This document shows, in pieces, positions 31,201 to 42,060 of a DNA stretch of 64,000 nucleotides. The stretch is from an uncultured delta proteobacterium (lineage in GTDB: Bacteria > Myxococcota > UBA727 > VGSZ01). The position numbers and the translations under genes were made by a program. The notes under the pieces are model-generated. The model was not told where the DNA came from and made no database searches. It was given only the letters and a program-made list of their open reading frames with translations. Position 1 is the first letter of the stretch, and each line of letters opens with the position of its first letter. Where the stretch lies: NCBI GenBank assembly GCA_963775425.1, contig CAVZJB010000003.1:192001-256000 (forward strand), given 5' to 3'.

Positions 31201-31450
31201 GCTCGGCCTCGACTCGCTCGGCCTCCGCGTCGAGTTCTTCCTGTCCCGCGCCGCCGAGGAGGCGTCCATCACGGTGTGCGTGAAGTCGAGCCCGTCGGCG
31301 TCGCAGTGCGTGCCGCAGACAAAGACCAGCGACGGCGCCGCGAACGGCTGGTTCTACGACCCCGTCGACAACTCCGTGGTCTTCAACGCGGGCTCGGTCC
31401 CGCCGCGTGGAAGCCAGATCGTCGTCGACTACGGCACGTTCTGCTTCTGA
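28295..31450 (+). CDS. Adhesin-like secreted protein: tandem choice-of-anchor-D Ig-like domains + C-terminal VWA domain
   Basis: Signal with CQC; about five (D/E)FG-x-V...N-x-G modules; MIDAS-like DVLWVVDDSASM; VSDEPEQS; Cys-rich insert. Confidence 0.82.
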   Translation: MQAHRRSVVPLLLVVAAPVVLARCQCGDPLQGLPEAQIEILDDQGNSHLDAEPWLVIDFGDADSGQSVTRNVTLKDNGTGPLLIEKTCLVNAADLDTARTAPCITGQTTAFTFTDIGAARLKPGTTVDVPVTFAPHAGGPANLFLQVTSTAVKEPVAAVQLVGRGTDGRLCAEPSGIFDFGDVDIGATAPGQITVRNCGVKPVTIDSFALSQNPDDAFTFTPQGGDPTGRTLNQDETIVLDLTFTPAQPGPYSDNRAGDIHVVTAAPFAAEYDLILIGNGVTPPACHVHVVPQVVNYNAVASGTAATRQLIVQSVGQCACTLDAISDPSPADQGFTLGTVPALPMVLKGTVGCDGDPAGAAAAPSSLTVDVTFTAPVQNDATPFNASLDVSTSDADAPVQTVNLEANGGGAPFCQLAVSPQESGGGGFSVPTQGRYGVVEFGRTSVHVPKQEPITLENTGNIDCHVTGVAYDDAQNTVQNEFSVVTEDGQPANGMAAFAIAPGETRTLFAVFSPTHTLQADGLFGSAFSFGSYSGTLFQTATGCHLLNTAACNGVTFTTDDTTTDVSASGQNPGVYSIGFKGTPVAPSVDVIPGSLDFGLVTLDCGSPTQRVSVYNNGGADLVVDEPVVDPAETPEVFRVEGTTNFSNTWPFTIPAGGSMSIEVRYFARQLGVQAANLIIPTVEGGSAGPPVTIPLRGEGTTDTSQTDTFDQFGDPKVDVLWVVDDSASMDPYQNEMATNFSQFFVSSNVSNADFHIGVTTTLTAKADCIGGPPSCQTNADCGAGGTCAFHLCTAGNAVNSCDDDPMCGWYTSCSNEHFLSPSSPNVDSQFQCNVHTSGGANPSRPGSDSAEGGFRAAYRFLTPENITDPSINGGFMRDDAKLHVIMVSDEPEQSKGSVDEYIDFFRNLKGFRNSSLVAVSAIAPPENGCTLADGTQVSGDSRYKALVDALNGRFESICNPDWTTMMSQLGLDSLGLRVEFFLSRAAEEASITVCVKSSPSASQCVPQTKTSDGAANGWFYDPVDNSVVFNAGSVPPRGSQIVVDYGTFCF

Positions 31451-31460
31451 ACGGTTCGTG

Positions 31461-33248
<1,788 letters not shown>

Positions 33249-33267
33249 GGCGGTCCACGCTGGCGCC

Positions 33268-33444
33268 ATGGCACCGAAAACACCTCCCGCCGCCCAAAAG
33301 AGCGACCGCGACGTCTTCTTCGCCGCCCTCAAGCTCTACGACCGTCCCGAGAACGAGCTGCGCCAGCGCCCGCTCGACGACGACGTCGACGTCGACGCCT
33401 TCATCGACGCGGCCTTCGGCAACATCACGCTCCCGCCCGTTTGA
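33268..33444 (+). CDS. Small hypothetical protein (58 aa)
   Basis: Fills the intergenic gap; GC3-rich codons. Confidence 0.5.
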   Translation: MAPKTPPAAQKSDRDVFFAALKLYDRPENELRQRPLDDDVDVDAFIDAAFGNITLPPV

Positions 33445-33450
33445 CGACGC

Positions 33451-34089
33451 TCACGGCAACGGGGTGATGACGAGGTCGTCGTACTGGACCTCGCTCTCCC
33501 ACGACGTGAACGCGAGCTTGTCGTTGTGCGGGCCGTAGAGCGGCTCGGGGTCGTCGTAGGCGAGGACACGCTCGCCGTCGATGTACAGCTCGAGCGTGTG
33601 CCCGTCGGTGCGCTGCACGGTCCAGTGATAGACGCGGTTTTGCTCCCAGTGCCGCCGGAGCTCCTTGCGGCCCCGCTGGTGCTCGTCCAGGCGCGCGATG
33701 GTCGTGATGGTGTCGTGCCAACCGCCGAGGATGACGATGTAGCCGGACTGGTGCCGGATGCCGTCGCCGAAGATCTCGATCTTGGTGTCGACGGCGGGGG
33801 AGTGCGAGATGGTGGTGAATTCCACCCGCGTGTTCTTCGCCAGGGGAACGTCGAGCCACAGCGGCAGGTTGTGGTCCCCGAGGGTGGACAGCTTGCCGTC
33901 GAGGACGCGCCACGAGCCGCCGGACTTCAGGTAGCGCGCGCCGAGCTCGCCGCGTTCGAAGTCGTCGTGGAAGGGCGCCGCCGGCGGCACCTTGTCGTGA
34001 CACGCGGCGAGCAGCCCGGCGCAGGCGAGCGCGATCACCGACCGGAGGGAGCGGCCGCGATTGATCGGGGTGAAGGCGCGCCGGCTCAC
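33451..34089 (-). CDS. Lipoprotein with ConA-like/lectin beta-sandwich domain
   Basis: Lipobox LAAC; F.DDFER, W...DG, YIDG, YDDL motifs; GTG overlaps the GNAT stop. Confidence 0.7.
   Translation of the reverse strand: MSRRAFTPINRGRSLRSVIALACAGLLAACHDKVPPAAPFHDDFERGELGARYLKSGGSWRVLDGKLSTLGDHNLPLWLDVPLAKNTRVEFTTISHSPAVDTKIEIFGDGIRHQSGYIVILGGWHDTITTIARLDEHQRGRKELRRHWEQNRVYHWTVQRTDGHTLELYIDGERVLAYDDPEPLYGPHNDKLAFTSWESEVQYDDLVITPLP
34032..34059 (-). repeat. Dispersed hairpin repeat, copy 3
   Basis: Reverse complement reads CGCGGCCGCTCCCTCCGGTCGGTGATCG. Confidence 0.75.
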
Positions 34090-34625
34090 GCGAGCACCTC
34101 GGAGACCGCCTTCAACCTCGCCGTGGGCTCCGCGGCCGACGACAGCCGCAGGGTCCAAAAGCCGACGTCGTGGAAGCGGCCGAGCTTGAAGCCCACCTCG
34201 GCGAAGGTGCCGACGAACGAGAAGCCGAGGCCCTCGTGCAAGCGCACCGAGGCCTCGTTCGGCAGCGCGATGCCGGCGACGAGCACGTGGAACCCCTGCG
34301 CGCGGCAGACGTCGAACAGGCGCTCGTAGAGGGCGCGGGCCACGCCTTTGCGCTGGTGCTGTTCGTCGACGTAGACGCCGATCTCAGCGGTCCACGCGTA
34401 CGCGGCGCGCGAGCGAAACGGCATCGCCTTGGCGAAGCCCGCGATGCCCGGGTCACCCTCGGCGACGAGGTAGGCGTAGCGCTCGCGTGTCTGTTCCCAC
34501 TCCGCGCGCAGGGAGTCGCCCGTGAGGGGCGCGGTGGCGAAGTGGATGGCGGTGCGCGCGATGTAGCCGTTGGTGAGCGCTGCGATGCGGTCGAAGTCAC
34601 CGGCGTCGACGCTGCGCACCCGCAT
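34086..34625 (-). CDS. GNAT N-acetyltransferase, phosphinothricin/MnaT (YncA) type
   Basis: R.AYAWTAE..VYV, Q.KGVARALY, I.LPNEAS..LHE.LGF, VGFKLG. Confidence 0.9.
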   Translation of the reverse strand: MRVRSVDAGDFDRIAALTNGYIARTAIHFATAPLTGDSLRAEWEQTRERYAYLVAEGDPGIAGFAKAMPFRSRAAYAWTAEIGVYVDEQHQRKGVARALYERLFDVCRAQGFHVLVAGIALPNEASVRLHEGLGFSFVGTFAEVGFKLGRFHDVGFWTLRLSSAAEPTARLKAVSEVLA

Positions 34626-34664
34626 GCGCCAGTGCTAGCGCGTGGGGCGCGCGCTGTCATGCCG

Positions 34665-36002
34665 TCAGGGCGCGCAGGCGTCCGCGAGGCAGGAGAAAGC
34701 GCCGGTGCCGCCGTGCGCGGCGCAGCGCGGCGCGCACGACTGCTGCGCCGAGCCGTCGCATGTCGCCGTGCAGAACGACGCGTCCGTGCCGTCGGCGCAC
34801 CCGCAGCGGGCGGCGGCGTCGCCGCGGGGTGCTGTGCCCTCGACGCAGCCGTCGTCGGACGGCAGGCAGCGCGCGCGCACGAGGTTGGCTCCCTCGCAGA
34901 GCTGGAGGCACGTCGCGTGGAACGTGGCGACGTCGTCGCAGGCGAGGTCGCTGCAGACGGCCACCGTCCCGGTGTCCTCGCAGTCGCACACGAGGGCGTT
35001 CACCCCGTGCGCGACGGCGCACGCGGGCGCGTCGTGCCGGCAGCGGACCGAAGCGCCGCCGCCGTGCCCGGCGCAGGCCTGCACGCAGTCGTCGCCGCAG
35101 CCGACGGTGCACGCGTCGACGACGGCGCCGTCGTCGCAGACGCACGCGACCGCGTCGTTCCCCGAGGGGAGGCCCGCGCGGGCGCAGCCCTCGTCGGCGG
35201 CGCAGCTCGCGACCGCGCCGGGGGCGCCGCAGGCGTGGTCGCAGGCGGTCTGCGCGAGCGCGGGGTCCTCGCCGCAGTCGCGGCCGGTGCAGGTGGCGAC
35301 GTCGATGCCGCCGGGGCAGCCGCAGACGACGGCGTTGTCGCCGGCGGCCCCGAAGGCGCAGGCGAGATCGGTCTCGACGCACGCCTCGACGCCGGAGCTC
35401 GTGCCGCGGCAGGCGCGCGCGCAGACGGCGCCGGCGTCGTGCGCGCCGCCGCCACAGACGTCGGCGGTGCAGACGTCGACGAGGGAGCCGTCGCCGCAGC
35501 GGCACGACGTCTTGTCCGGGCCCGTGGGGACGTCGAACGACGCGCAGCCGGGATCGTGGGGCAGGCAGGTGGGCGCGGCGCCGTCGCCGCAGGCGGCGCG
35601 GCAGACGGCGTCGACGGTCGCGGCGTCGTCGTCGCAGTCGAGCTCCGCGCAGGCGCCGCCGCAGCCGCAGACGACGCCCGTGTCGCCGCCGACGGCGGCG
35701 CCGAGCACGCAGCCGACGTCGGCGCCGGCGCAGCGGCCCTCGACGGCGCCGCCGTGCTCGGCGCACGGCGCATCGCAGTCGAGGTGCGCGGGGCAGGCCT
35801 CGAAGCAGGACGACGACGACGTCCCGTCGGCGCATGTGCAGAGCGCCCGCACGCCCCGGGTGAGATCGAGCGCGGGCGTCGCCGGCGCGGCCGCCGGGTG
35901 CGGCTGCGCCTGTGGGCAAGCGGCGCCCGCGCAGAGGGCGAGGAGCGCGACGACGTCGAGGCGGGCGCGCGAGGGCTGACTGTGCGGCGTCGCGCGCGTC
36001 AC
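34665..36002 (-). CDS. Secreted protein made of seven tandem 8-cysteine repeats
   Basis: Signal/lipobox-like N-terminus; seven roughly 50-60 aa units, each with 8 Cys; GTG overlaps the upstream stop. Confidence 0.75.
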   Translation of the reverse strand: MTRATPHSQPSRARLDVVALLALCAGAACPQAQPHPAAAPATPALDLTRGVRALCTCADGTSSSSCFEACPAHLDCDAPCAEHGGAVEGRCAGADVGCVLGAAVGGDTGVVCGCGGACAELDCDDDAATVDAVCRAACGDGAAPTCLPHDPGCASFDVPTGPDKTSCRCGDGSLVDVCTADVCGGGAHDAGAVCARACRGTSSGVEACVETDLACAFGAAGDNAVVCGCPGGIDVATCTGRDCGEDPALAQTACDHACGAPGAVASCAADEGCARAGLPSGNDAVACVCDDGAVVDACTVGCGDDCVQACAGHGGGASVRCRHDAPACAVAHGVNALVCDCEDTGTVAVCSDLACDDVATFHATCLQLCEGANLVRARCLPSDDGCVEGTAPRGDAAARCGCADGTDASFCTATCDGSAQQSCAPRCAAHGGTGAFSCLADACAP

Positions 36003-38266
36003 GGCGGGCCCAACGGCTTCTTCGGGAGGTCGACGCTGTAGACGACGAGGTCGGCGGGGCTCTGCGCGGACACGAGCAGGCGCCCGTCGGCGCTCATCGC
36101 CAAAGGCGCACCGCCGAGGACGCCGCCGGGGGCGAGCGCGCCCTGCGCGCGCCACAGGAAGCGCGTGGTGGACGACGCGTCCTGGATGGCCACGACGTCG
36201 CCCTCGAGGGAGAACACCGCGCGCAGCGCATGCTCGACGCCGACCTTGGGTCCCACGGTCATCTTGGCGGCCGCGACGTCGACGGACACCGGCGTGCAGT
36301 CGACGGCGGTGCACAGGAGCGCCGCGCTCGCGTCGGGCGCGGCGGCGAGGGTCATGACGTTCGTGACGGCGGTGTCGACGCTCGCGCGCAGGGCGCCCGT
36401 CGTCGCGTCGAACAGCTCGAGCGTGCCTCCGCCGGCCGCCGTGAGCACCGACGCGGGCGCGCCGCCGATCGCGAGGAGGTCGCCCGTGATCTTCGAGGCC
36501 GGCGCGGCGTCACCGGCGGGGACCGGCGCGCCGGCCCCGGCGCCGGCGTCGGCGTCGGCGGCGGCGGCGGACGCGGCGGTGCCCCCGTCTGTCACGCCGG
36601 CGCCTCCCGCTCGATCGTCGGCGAGCGCGGCTCCCGCGTCCGCGGCGCCGGCGTTCGCGGCACCGGCGGCCGTGTCGACGGGCGCACCGGGGCGGCGCAC
36701 CGCGACGCCGCCGCCCTCGACGCTGTAGGCGAGGAGCGAGCCGTCCTCGTTGAGCGCGAGGGCGCCGTCGTAGCGCAGCCCGGGGAAGCTCTCGATCACC
36801 GCCCCGGACGAGGTGTCGAGCACGCGCACCGAGCACGCGCCCGCGTCGAACGGCTTCTTGCGCTCGTCGAAGGTGCCGACCGCGAGGCGGCGCCCATCCT
36901 TGGAGAACACCGGGGCCCGATGCACCGCGAGCGTTGCGGAGCGCAGGGGCGTCGTCGACACGAGCCGGGCGTTCGCGCGTTTGCGGCGCACCAGCGCTTC
37001 GGCCGACGCCACCGACAGCGTCTCGCCGTCGGCGTCGAAGGCGGCGGCGAGCGGCCGATCGATCTGATCGTGAGCCGACGCGAACGACACCACCCGATCG
37101 CCCTCGAGCGGACCCTTGTAGTCCGCGCCGTACGGCGGCGACGCCGGCGGCTGCGCGCACGACGGCGGCTCCTCACCGGGCGGCGCGCCTTGCAGGTCGC
37201 CGGGCGCGGGCTTCGGCGGCGGCCAATTGGCGCCGTCGGGACGCATGTCGTCGAGCTCCTTCTTGAACTTCGGATCGTAGTCGCCGAGCACGCGATCGAG
37301 CGCGCGGCCGAGCACCGGCGCGCTGCCGTCGTCGAAGCGGCGCAGCCAGAAGCCGACGTCGAGGGGATCGAACCTGTTGCGGCACAGCCCGGCGTCGCGG
37401 TCGAGGTCGAGGGCCGCGCTGACGTCGCGGTAGAAGGTGCGGCGGTCGGCGGGGTCGCCGGAGAAGTCGTCGGTGAAGAACGTGGCGGCGCGGCCCGGGT
37501 GCGCGCCCGGGCCCATGCCCTTGTCGGCGAGCTCCTGGATGGCCGGCCGCTTGTCGTCGAGGACGCGGAACAAGCGCGCCTGCGCGCGCACGAAGGGACG
37601 AAACACAGTGTACACCGCGCGCGCGGTGCTCCCGAGGAGCGGCGCGTCGGGCGCGACGTAGGCGCCGTCGATGAGCTCTTGCAGCGCGCTCGGGTCGACC
37701 CTGTGCAGGTCGCCGTCGTAGACGACGGCGCCGATGGCGGCCTTGAGCTCCTTGTCGATGTCGGGGGCGAAGACGCCCACGCGCCCGCGCGCCATCCACG
37801 CGGAGTCGCGGTAGCGCCCGCGGGTCACCATGCGGACGTCGCCGGCGCGCAACGAGACCGGCGCGAGCGGCTCGGGGTCGGGGTAGCGCAGTTGCGGCTC
37901 CGCGGTGGAGGCGAGCGCGAAGAGGATGGTCTCCGCCGCCGGCGCGACCTTGTCGTGCAGCGCCTTTTGCTCGGCGGCGGCCTCGCCGCGGGCCTGCTGC
38001 TCGAGCAAGCCGTTGAGCGTCACCTGGGCTTCTTCGCCGTGTGGGTTCCCGAGCGGATCGTCCATCGGGTACTTCTTGAGGAAGGCCTCAAGCGCCTCGA
38101 CGTCGTCGTCCTCGCCGGGCGTCTTGAGGGCGCCGTCCGCCACGGTCCGCCACGCCGCTTCGAGCTCCTCGAGGTGCTTGGTCTTCTTGGACTTGCACGC
38201 CGCGAGGGCGAGGGCGGCGGCGACGACGACGGTGAGCAGGCGCGCGCGGGAGCGGAGGCGGGTCAT
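35999..38266 (-). CDS. Lipoprotein with unknown N-terminal domain and WD40-like beta-propeller
   Basis: Lipobox LAAC; repeated FSKDG/LNEDG/FSLEG/MSADG blade motifs. Confidence 0.75.
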   Translation of the reverse strand: MTRLRSRARLLTVVVAAALALAACKSKKTKHLEELEAAWRTVADGALKTPGEDDDVEALEAFLKKYPMDDPLGNPHGEEAQVTLNGLLEQQARGEAAAEQKALHDKVAPAAETILFALASTAEPQLRYPDPEPLAPVSLRAGDVRMVTRGRYRDSAWMARGRVGVFAPDIDKELKAAIGAVVYDGDLHRVDPSALQELIDGAYVAPDAPLLGSTARAVYTVFRPFVRAQARLFRVLDDKRPAIQELADKGMGPGAHPGRAATFFTDDFSGDPADRRTFYRDVSAALDLDRDAGLCRNRFDPLDVGFWLRRFDDGSAPVLGRALDRVLGDYDPKFKKELDDMRPDGANWPPPKPAPGDLQGAPPGEEPPSCAQPPASPPYGADYKGPLEGDRVVSFASAHDQIDRPLAAAFDADGETLSVASAEALVRRKRANARLVSTTPLRSATLAVHRAPVFSKDGRRLAVGTFDERKKPFDAGACSVRVLDTSSGAVIESFPGLRYDGALALNEDGSLLAYSVEGGGVAVRRPGAPVDTAAGAANAGAADAGAALADDRAGGAGVTDGGTAASAAAADADAGAGAGAPVPAGDAAPASKITGDLLAIGGAPASVLTAAGGGTLELFDATTGALRASVDTAVTNVMTLAAAPDASAALLCTAVDCTPVSVDVAAAKMTVGPKVGVEHALRAVFSLEGDVVAIQDASSTTRFLWRAQGALAPGGVLGGAPLAMSADGRLLVSAQSPADLVVYSVDLPKKPLGPP

Positions 38267-38355
38267 CGGGCAAGCGTATGGCCGCGCGCGGATCGGGAGC
38301 AACGCACTGTCGTCGAGGATTGACACCGCGGCGCCCGTGTTCCACGCACGGCGTC

Positions 38356-39231
38356 GTGCCCGACGGACCGCGCACCATCCGTGAGTTGTTGGCGGCCACC
38401 CGGCCGTGGCTCGAGAACAAGGGCGTGGACAGCCCGCGGCTCGACGCGGAGATCCTCGTGGCGCACGGCCTCGGCCTGCGGCGCCTCGACCTCTTCCTCG
38501 ACCTCGACAAGCCGCTGAGCGACGACGAGATCGCCCGCTGCCGCGCGCTGGTGGTGCGCCGCGGGCAGCGCGAGCCGACGGCGCAGATCATCGGCGAGCG
38601 GGAGTTCTACGGCCTCGCGTTCAAGGTGACGCCGGACGTGCTGGTGCCGCGGCCGGAGACGGAGCACCTCGTGGAGCTGGCGCTGGCGCGCACGGCTCCG
38701 GCGGGCGGCGGTGACGCCGTCTTCGTGGACGCGTGCACCGGCAGCGGCTGCGTCGCCGTCGCCGTCCTCAAGCACCGCCCGCTGTTGCGCGCCGTCGCCA
38801 CGGACCTCTCCGCGGCCGCCCTCGCGGTGGCGCGCGACAACGCCGAGCGACACGGCGTGGACGATCGGCTCGAGCTGCGCGAGGGCGATCTGCTCGCGCC
38901 GTGCGTGGACCTGAGGGGCGTGGCGTTCGTCGTCGCGAACCCGCCGTATGTGCGCCTCGACGAAAAGGGCGCGCTCGCGCCCGAGGTGCGCGATCACGAG
39001 CCCGCGCTCGCGCTGTTCGGTGAGGACGCCGACGGCCTCGGCCACCATCGGCGCATCCTCCGCCAGGCCGGCCCGCTGCTGCGCGACGACGGCTTCGTCG
39101 CCCTCGAGATCGGCGCGGGGCAGGGCGAAGCGTGCCGCGCGCTCGGCGCGACGATCGACAGGGACCTCGCCGGGCTCGACCGCGTCGCCGTGTGGGCGCG
39201 CGGGGCTCTGCCGACGCTCTCTGCGGCGTGA
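38356..39231 (+). CDS. prmC: Release factor glutamine methyltransferase PrmC/HemK
   Basis: PRLDAEIL, RR..REP, VLVPRPETE, DACTGSGC, NPPY, HEP.LAL, EIG. Confidence 0.93.
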   Translation: MPDGPRTIRELLAATRPWLENKGVDSPRLDAEILVAHGLGLRRLDLFLDLDKPLSDDEIARCRALVVRRGQREPTAQIIGEREFYGLAFKVTPDVLVPRPETEHLVELALARTAPAGGGDAVFVDACTGSGCVAVAVLKHRPLLRAVATDLSAAALAVARDNAERHGVDDRLELREGDLLAPCVDLRGVAFVVANPPYVRLDEKGALAPEVRDHEPALALFGEDADGLGHHRRILRQAGPLLRDDGFVALEIGAGQGEACRALGATIDRDLAGLDRVAVWARGALPTLSAA

Positions 39232-39358
39232 CGCACCCGGCGCCCGACGGCGTGGACGACGACGCCCGGTCGGAACGACGGAAGCGTTCGGCGCTGCGCC
39301 GCCGTGTACGGAGAGGAACCGATGGTCGCGGCCTGCGCGTGGGGCACGGTGCGCCGCG

Positions 39359-40576
39359 ATGCGTACGACAGCCCTCGCTTCGCTCCTGTTCAGCGCGCTC
39401 GTCAGCGCGCTCGCGTTCGCCTGCGCACCCACGCACAGCGCCCCGCCCCCCGGGGAGGCGGGCACCGGGGGCGAAGGCGAAGGCGACGGCGGCGGGGAAG
39501 GCGGCGGTGAAGGCGGTGAAGGCGAAGGTGGCGGCGGCGGTGGCGGCGAAGGCGGTGGCGGCGAAGGCGAAGGCGAAGGCGGTGGCGGTGGCGGCGAAAG
39601 CGAAGGCGAAGGCGAAGGCGGCGGCGGCGAAGGCGAAGGCGAAGGCGGCGGTGGCGAAGGCGAAGGCGAAGGTGGCGAAGGCGAAGGCGAAGGCGGTGGC
39701 GGTGGCGGTGGCGAGGGCGACGGCGGCGCGTGCGCGCCGGGAGCCGTCGACGGCTGCACCCTGCGCGTCGACGGCGACTACGACTGCACAATGACGTTCG
39801 ACGGGCTCGATCGCACCTGGCTGATGCACGTCCCCCCGGGCGTCGGCGGGCGCGTGCCGCTCGTGTTCTCCTTCCACGGCCTGCGCACCACCGCGGCGCT
39901 CCAGCGCTACATCAGCGAGATGGACCCGGCCGCCGACGCGCACGGCTACGTCGTCGTCTACCCCGAGGGCACGGGCCCGTCCCTCGACGAGAGCTGGAAC
40001 GCGGGCAACTGCTGTGAGTCCGCCGCGCAAAACGACGTCGACGACGTCGGCTTCACCCTCGCCATCCTCGACCGCCTGCGCGCGCCCTTGTGCGTCGACG
40101 CGCGCCGCGTCTACGCCGCCGGCCTCTCCAACGGCGGCCACATGGTCTACCGCCTCGCCTGCGAAGCGGCCGACACCTTCGCCGCCGTCGCCTCCGTCGC
40201 CGGCGTGGAGACCACGTTCCCGTGCACGCCGAGCCGGCCAATCTCGCTGTTGCACATCCACGGCGACGCCAATCCCGTCGTCAACTACACCTTCGGCATC
40301 GACGGCATCCACGGCGCCCATCGCTCCGTCAGCGACTTCGCGGGCTTCGACGGCTGCGGCGAGAGCACCTCGGTGGTCTACCAAAACGGCGTGGTCACCT
40401 GCACCACGCGCGCGGGCTGCGCCGGCGGCACCGACGTCGAGCTGTGCACCGTCGCGGGCGGCGGGCACCAGTGGCCCGGCGGCCACGACCTGCCCTCCAC
40501 CTTCGGCGACAACACCACCGACCTCGACGCCACCGAGCACATCTCCAACTTCTTCCTCGCCCACGCCTTGCCCTGA
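39359..40576 (+). CDS. PHB-depolymerase/LpqC-family esterase lipoprotein with Gly-Glu linker
   Basis: Lipobox-like AFAC, FHG, WNAGNCC, DDVGF, GLSNGG (GxSxG), GGHQWPGG. Confidence 0.88.
   Translation: MRTTALASLLFSALVSALAFACAPTHSAPPPGEAGTGGEGEGDGGGEGGGEGGEGEGGGGGGGEGGGGEGEGEGGGGGGESEGEGEGGGGEGEGEGGGGEGEGEGGEGEGEGGGGGGGEGDGGACAPGAVDGCTLRVDGDYDCTMTFDGLDRTWLMHVPPGVGGRVPLVFSFHGLRTTAALQRYISEMDPAADAHGYVVVYPEGTGPSLDESWNAGNCCESAAQNDVDDVGFTLAILDRLRAPLCVDARRVYAAGLSNGGHMVYRLACEAADTFAAVASVAGVETTFPCTPSRPISLLHIHGDANPVVNYTFGIDGIHGAHRSVSDFAGFDGCGESTSVVYQNGVVTCTTRAGCAGGTDVELCTVAGGGHQWPGGHDLPSTFGDNTTDLDATEHISNFFLAHALP
39468..39727 (+). repeat. Gly/Glu low-complexity coding repeat (GAAGGC/GGC units)
   Basis: About 85 codons of almost only G and E between the lipobox and the catalytic domain. 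Confidence 0.9.
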
Positions 40577-40582
40577 GCGGCG

Positions 40583-41239
40583 CTACGCGACCGGGAGCAC
40601 CGTCTCGACGGAGCCCTCGAGCAGCCTCTGCACCTCGTCATCGTCGAGCCGGCGGAAGTCGTCGTAGTGGGCGCCGACGCTGCCGAGGAAGCCGAGCGGC
40701 CCGAGGCAGACGACGCCGTCGCACTCCTGCTCGATGCGCCGCATGACGTCGGTCGCGCCGACCGGCGTCGCAAAGATGACGCGCGCGGCGCCGCGACGCC
40801 TGATGTCGCGGACGGCGCAGCGCGCGGTGACGCCGTTTGCGACGCCGTCATCGACGACGATCACCGTGCGCCCCTCGAGGCGCGGCCGGGGGCGGCCGCC
40901 GCGCAGCCGCGCCACGCCGGCGGCCACCTCGGCTTGCCGCGCCGACACGGCGCGCTCGATGTCGTCGTCGGAGGCGCCGGCGGCGTGCGCGAGCACGCGA
41001 TCCACGAGCACCTCGCCACCCTCCCCGACGGCGCCGACGCCGAGCTCGCCCGACAGCGGGGAGCCCACCTTGCGCACCACCCAGACGTCGAGGGGAGCGC
41101 CCAGGCGCATGGCCACCGGCGCGGCGACGGCGACGCCGCCGCGGGGAAGCGCGAGCACCAGCGGGTCGCGCGCGGGGAGCTGGGCGACGACGGCGGCGAG
41201 CCGCATGCCGGCGTCCTGGCGATCGGCGAAGATGATCAC
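40583..41239 (-). CDS. Phosphoribosyltransferase family protein
   Basis: FADR.DAG, LALPRGGV, VRKVG, VIVVDDG, VGAHYDDF. Confidence 0.88.
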   Translation of the reverse strand: MIIFADRQDAGMRLAAVVAQLPARDPLVLALPRGGVAVAAPVAMRLGAPLDVWVVRKVGSPLSGELGVGAVGEGGEVLVDRVLAHAAGASDDDIERAVSARQAEVAAGVARLRGGRPRPRLEGRTVIVVDDGVANGVTARCAVRDIRRRGAARVIFATPVGATDVMRRIEQECDGVVCLGPLGFLGSVGAHYDDFRRLDDDEVQRLLEGSVETVLPVA

Positions 41240-41415
41240 GACGAGCCTCCGAGCCGCACCGGAGAATGCGCGGGGCAGGCCAACGGACGACCCCGCACAA
41301 GGACGCGCGCCGGCCCACGGCGAGGCCCGGCACCGTGTGCGACCGCACGCATCGAACTGTGCAGCCGCGCGCGTCGCTTGAGGCCGCGGCGTCCTTTGCG
41401 TGAGACTCACATCCA

Positions 41416-42060
41416 TTGACGGCCCTCGTCCTCGACTACGCGCTCGCGCGCCCCCGCCGCCTCCTCGCAGCCCTCGCCGTCGCCGGCATCGACGCTCGCC
41501 TCTCCGAGACCCCTCTCATGGCCAAGAGCGCGGACCTGCTCATCGTCCCCGACGGCGACGACGCCGATGACGCCCTCGCCCGCGGCATCTCCAGCGGCGT
41601 CCTCGACGCCATCGCCGGCCACGTCGACCAGAAGAAGCCGCTTTTGTGCGTCGGCCTCGGCCTGCATTTCCTCCTCGAGGGGCGCACGCACCCGCAGATG
41701 CCGGCGGGGCTCGGCGTGTTCCGCGCGCAGGTGCAGCGCTTCAATCCGCGGCTCACCGACGAGGCCGAGCGGCCGCTCCTGTCGCCGCACGCGGGGCCTT
41801 CGCTCGTCGTCGGCCTCGACCGGCACCCGTTCTTGAACGTGCTCGTCGGCAAGGGCGAGCACGGCGTGTGGATGACCTTTCGCCATCGCCTGTGCGCGCC
41901 GTCCCGGGTGCCGCAGGCCGACGTCGCCGTCGGCCACCATGGGGTCCCGTTTGCCGGCGCCATCTGGCGCGACAACATCCTGGCCGTGCAGTTCCTGCCC
42001 GAGCACTCCGGCAAGGCCGGCGTCGATCTGTTGCGCTTGTGGCGCGAGGCGCACGCGTGA
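41416..42060 (+). CDS. HisH-like glutamine amidotransferase fold, catalytic residues lost
   Basis: Colinear with HisH, but GICLGMQ->CVGLGLH, PGVG->PDGD, QFHPEKS->QFLPEHS. Confidence 0.8.
   Translation: MTALVLDYALARPRRLLAALAVAGIDARLSETPLMAKSADLLIVPDGDDADDALARGISSGVLDAIAGHVDQKKPLLCVGLGLHFLLEGRTHPQMPAGLGVFRAQVQRFNPRLTDEAERPLLSPHAGPSLVVGLDRHPFLNVLVGKGEHGVWMTFRHRLCAPSRVPQADVAVGHHGVPFAGAIWRDNILAVQFLPEHSGKAGVDLLRLWREAHA

Noticed and set aside
39468-39727. Non-coding microsatellite, or alternative Ala-Lys / Pro-Ser repeat proteins in other frames
   Set aside because: The repeat is in frame within the esterase as a Gly/Glu linker; the other frames are shadows
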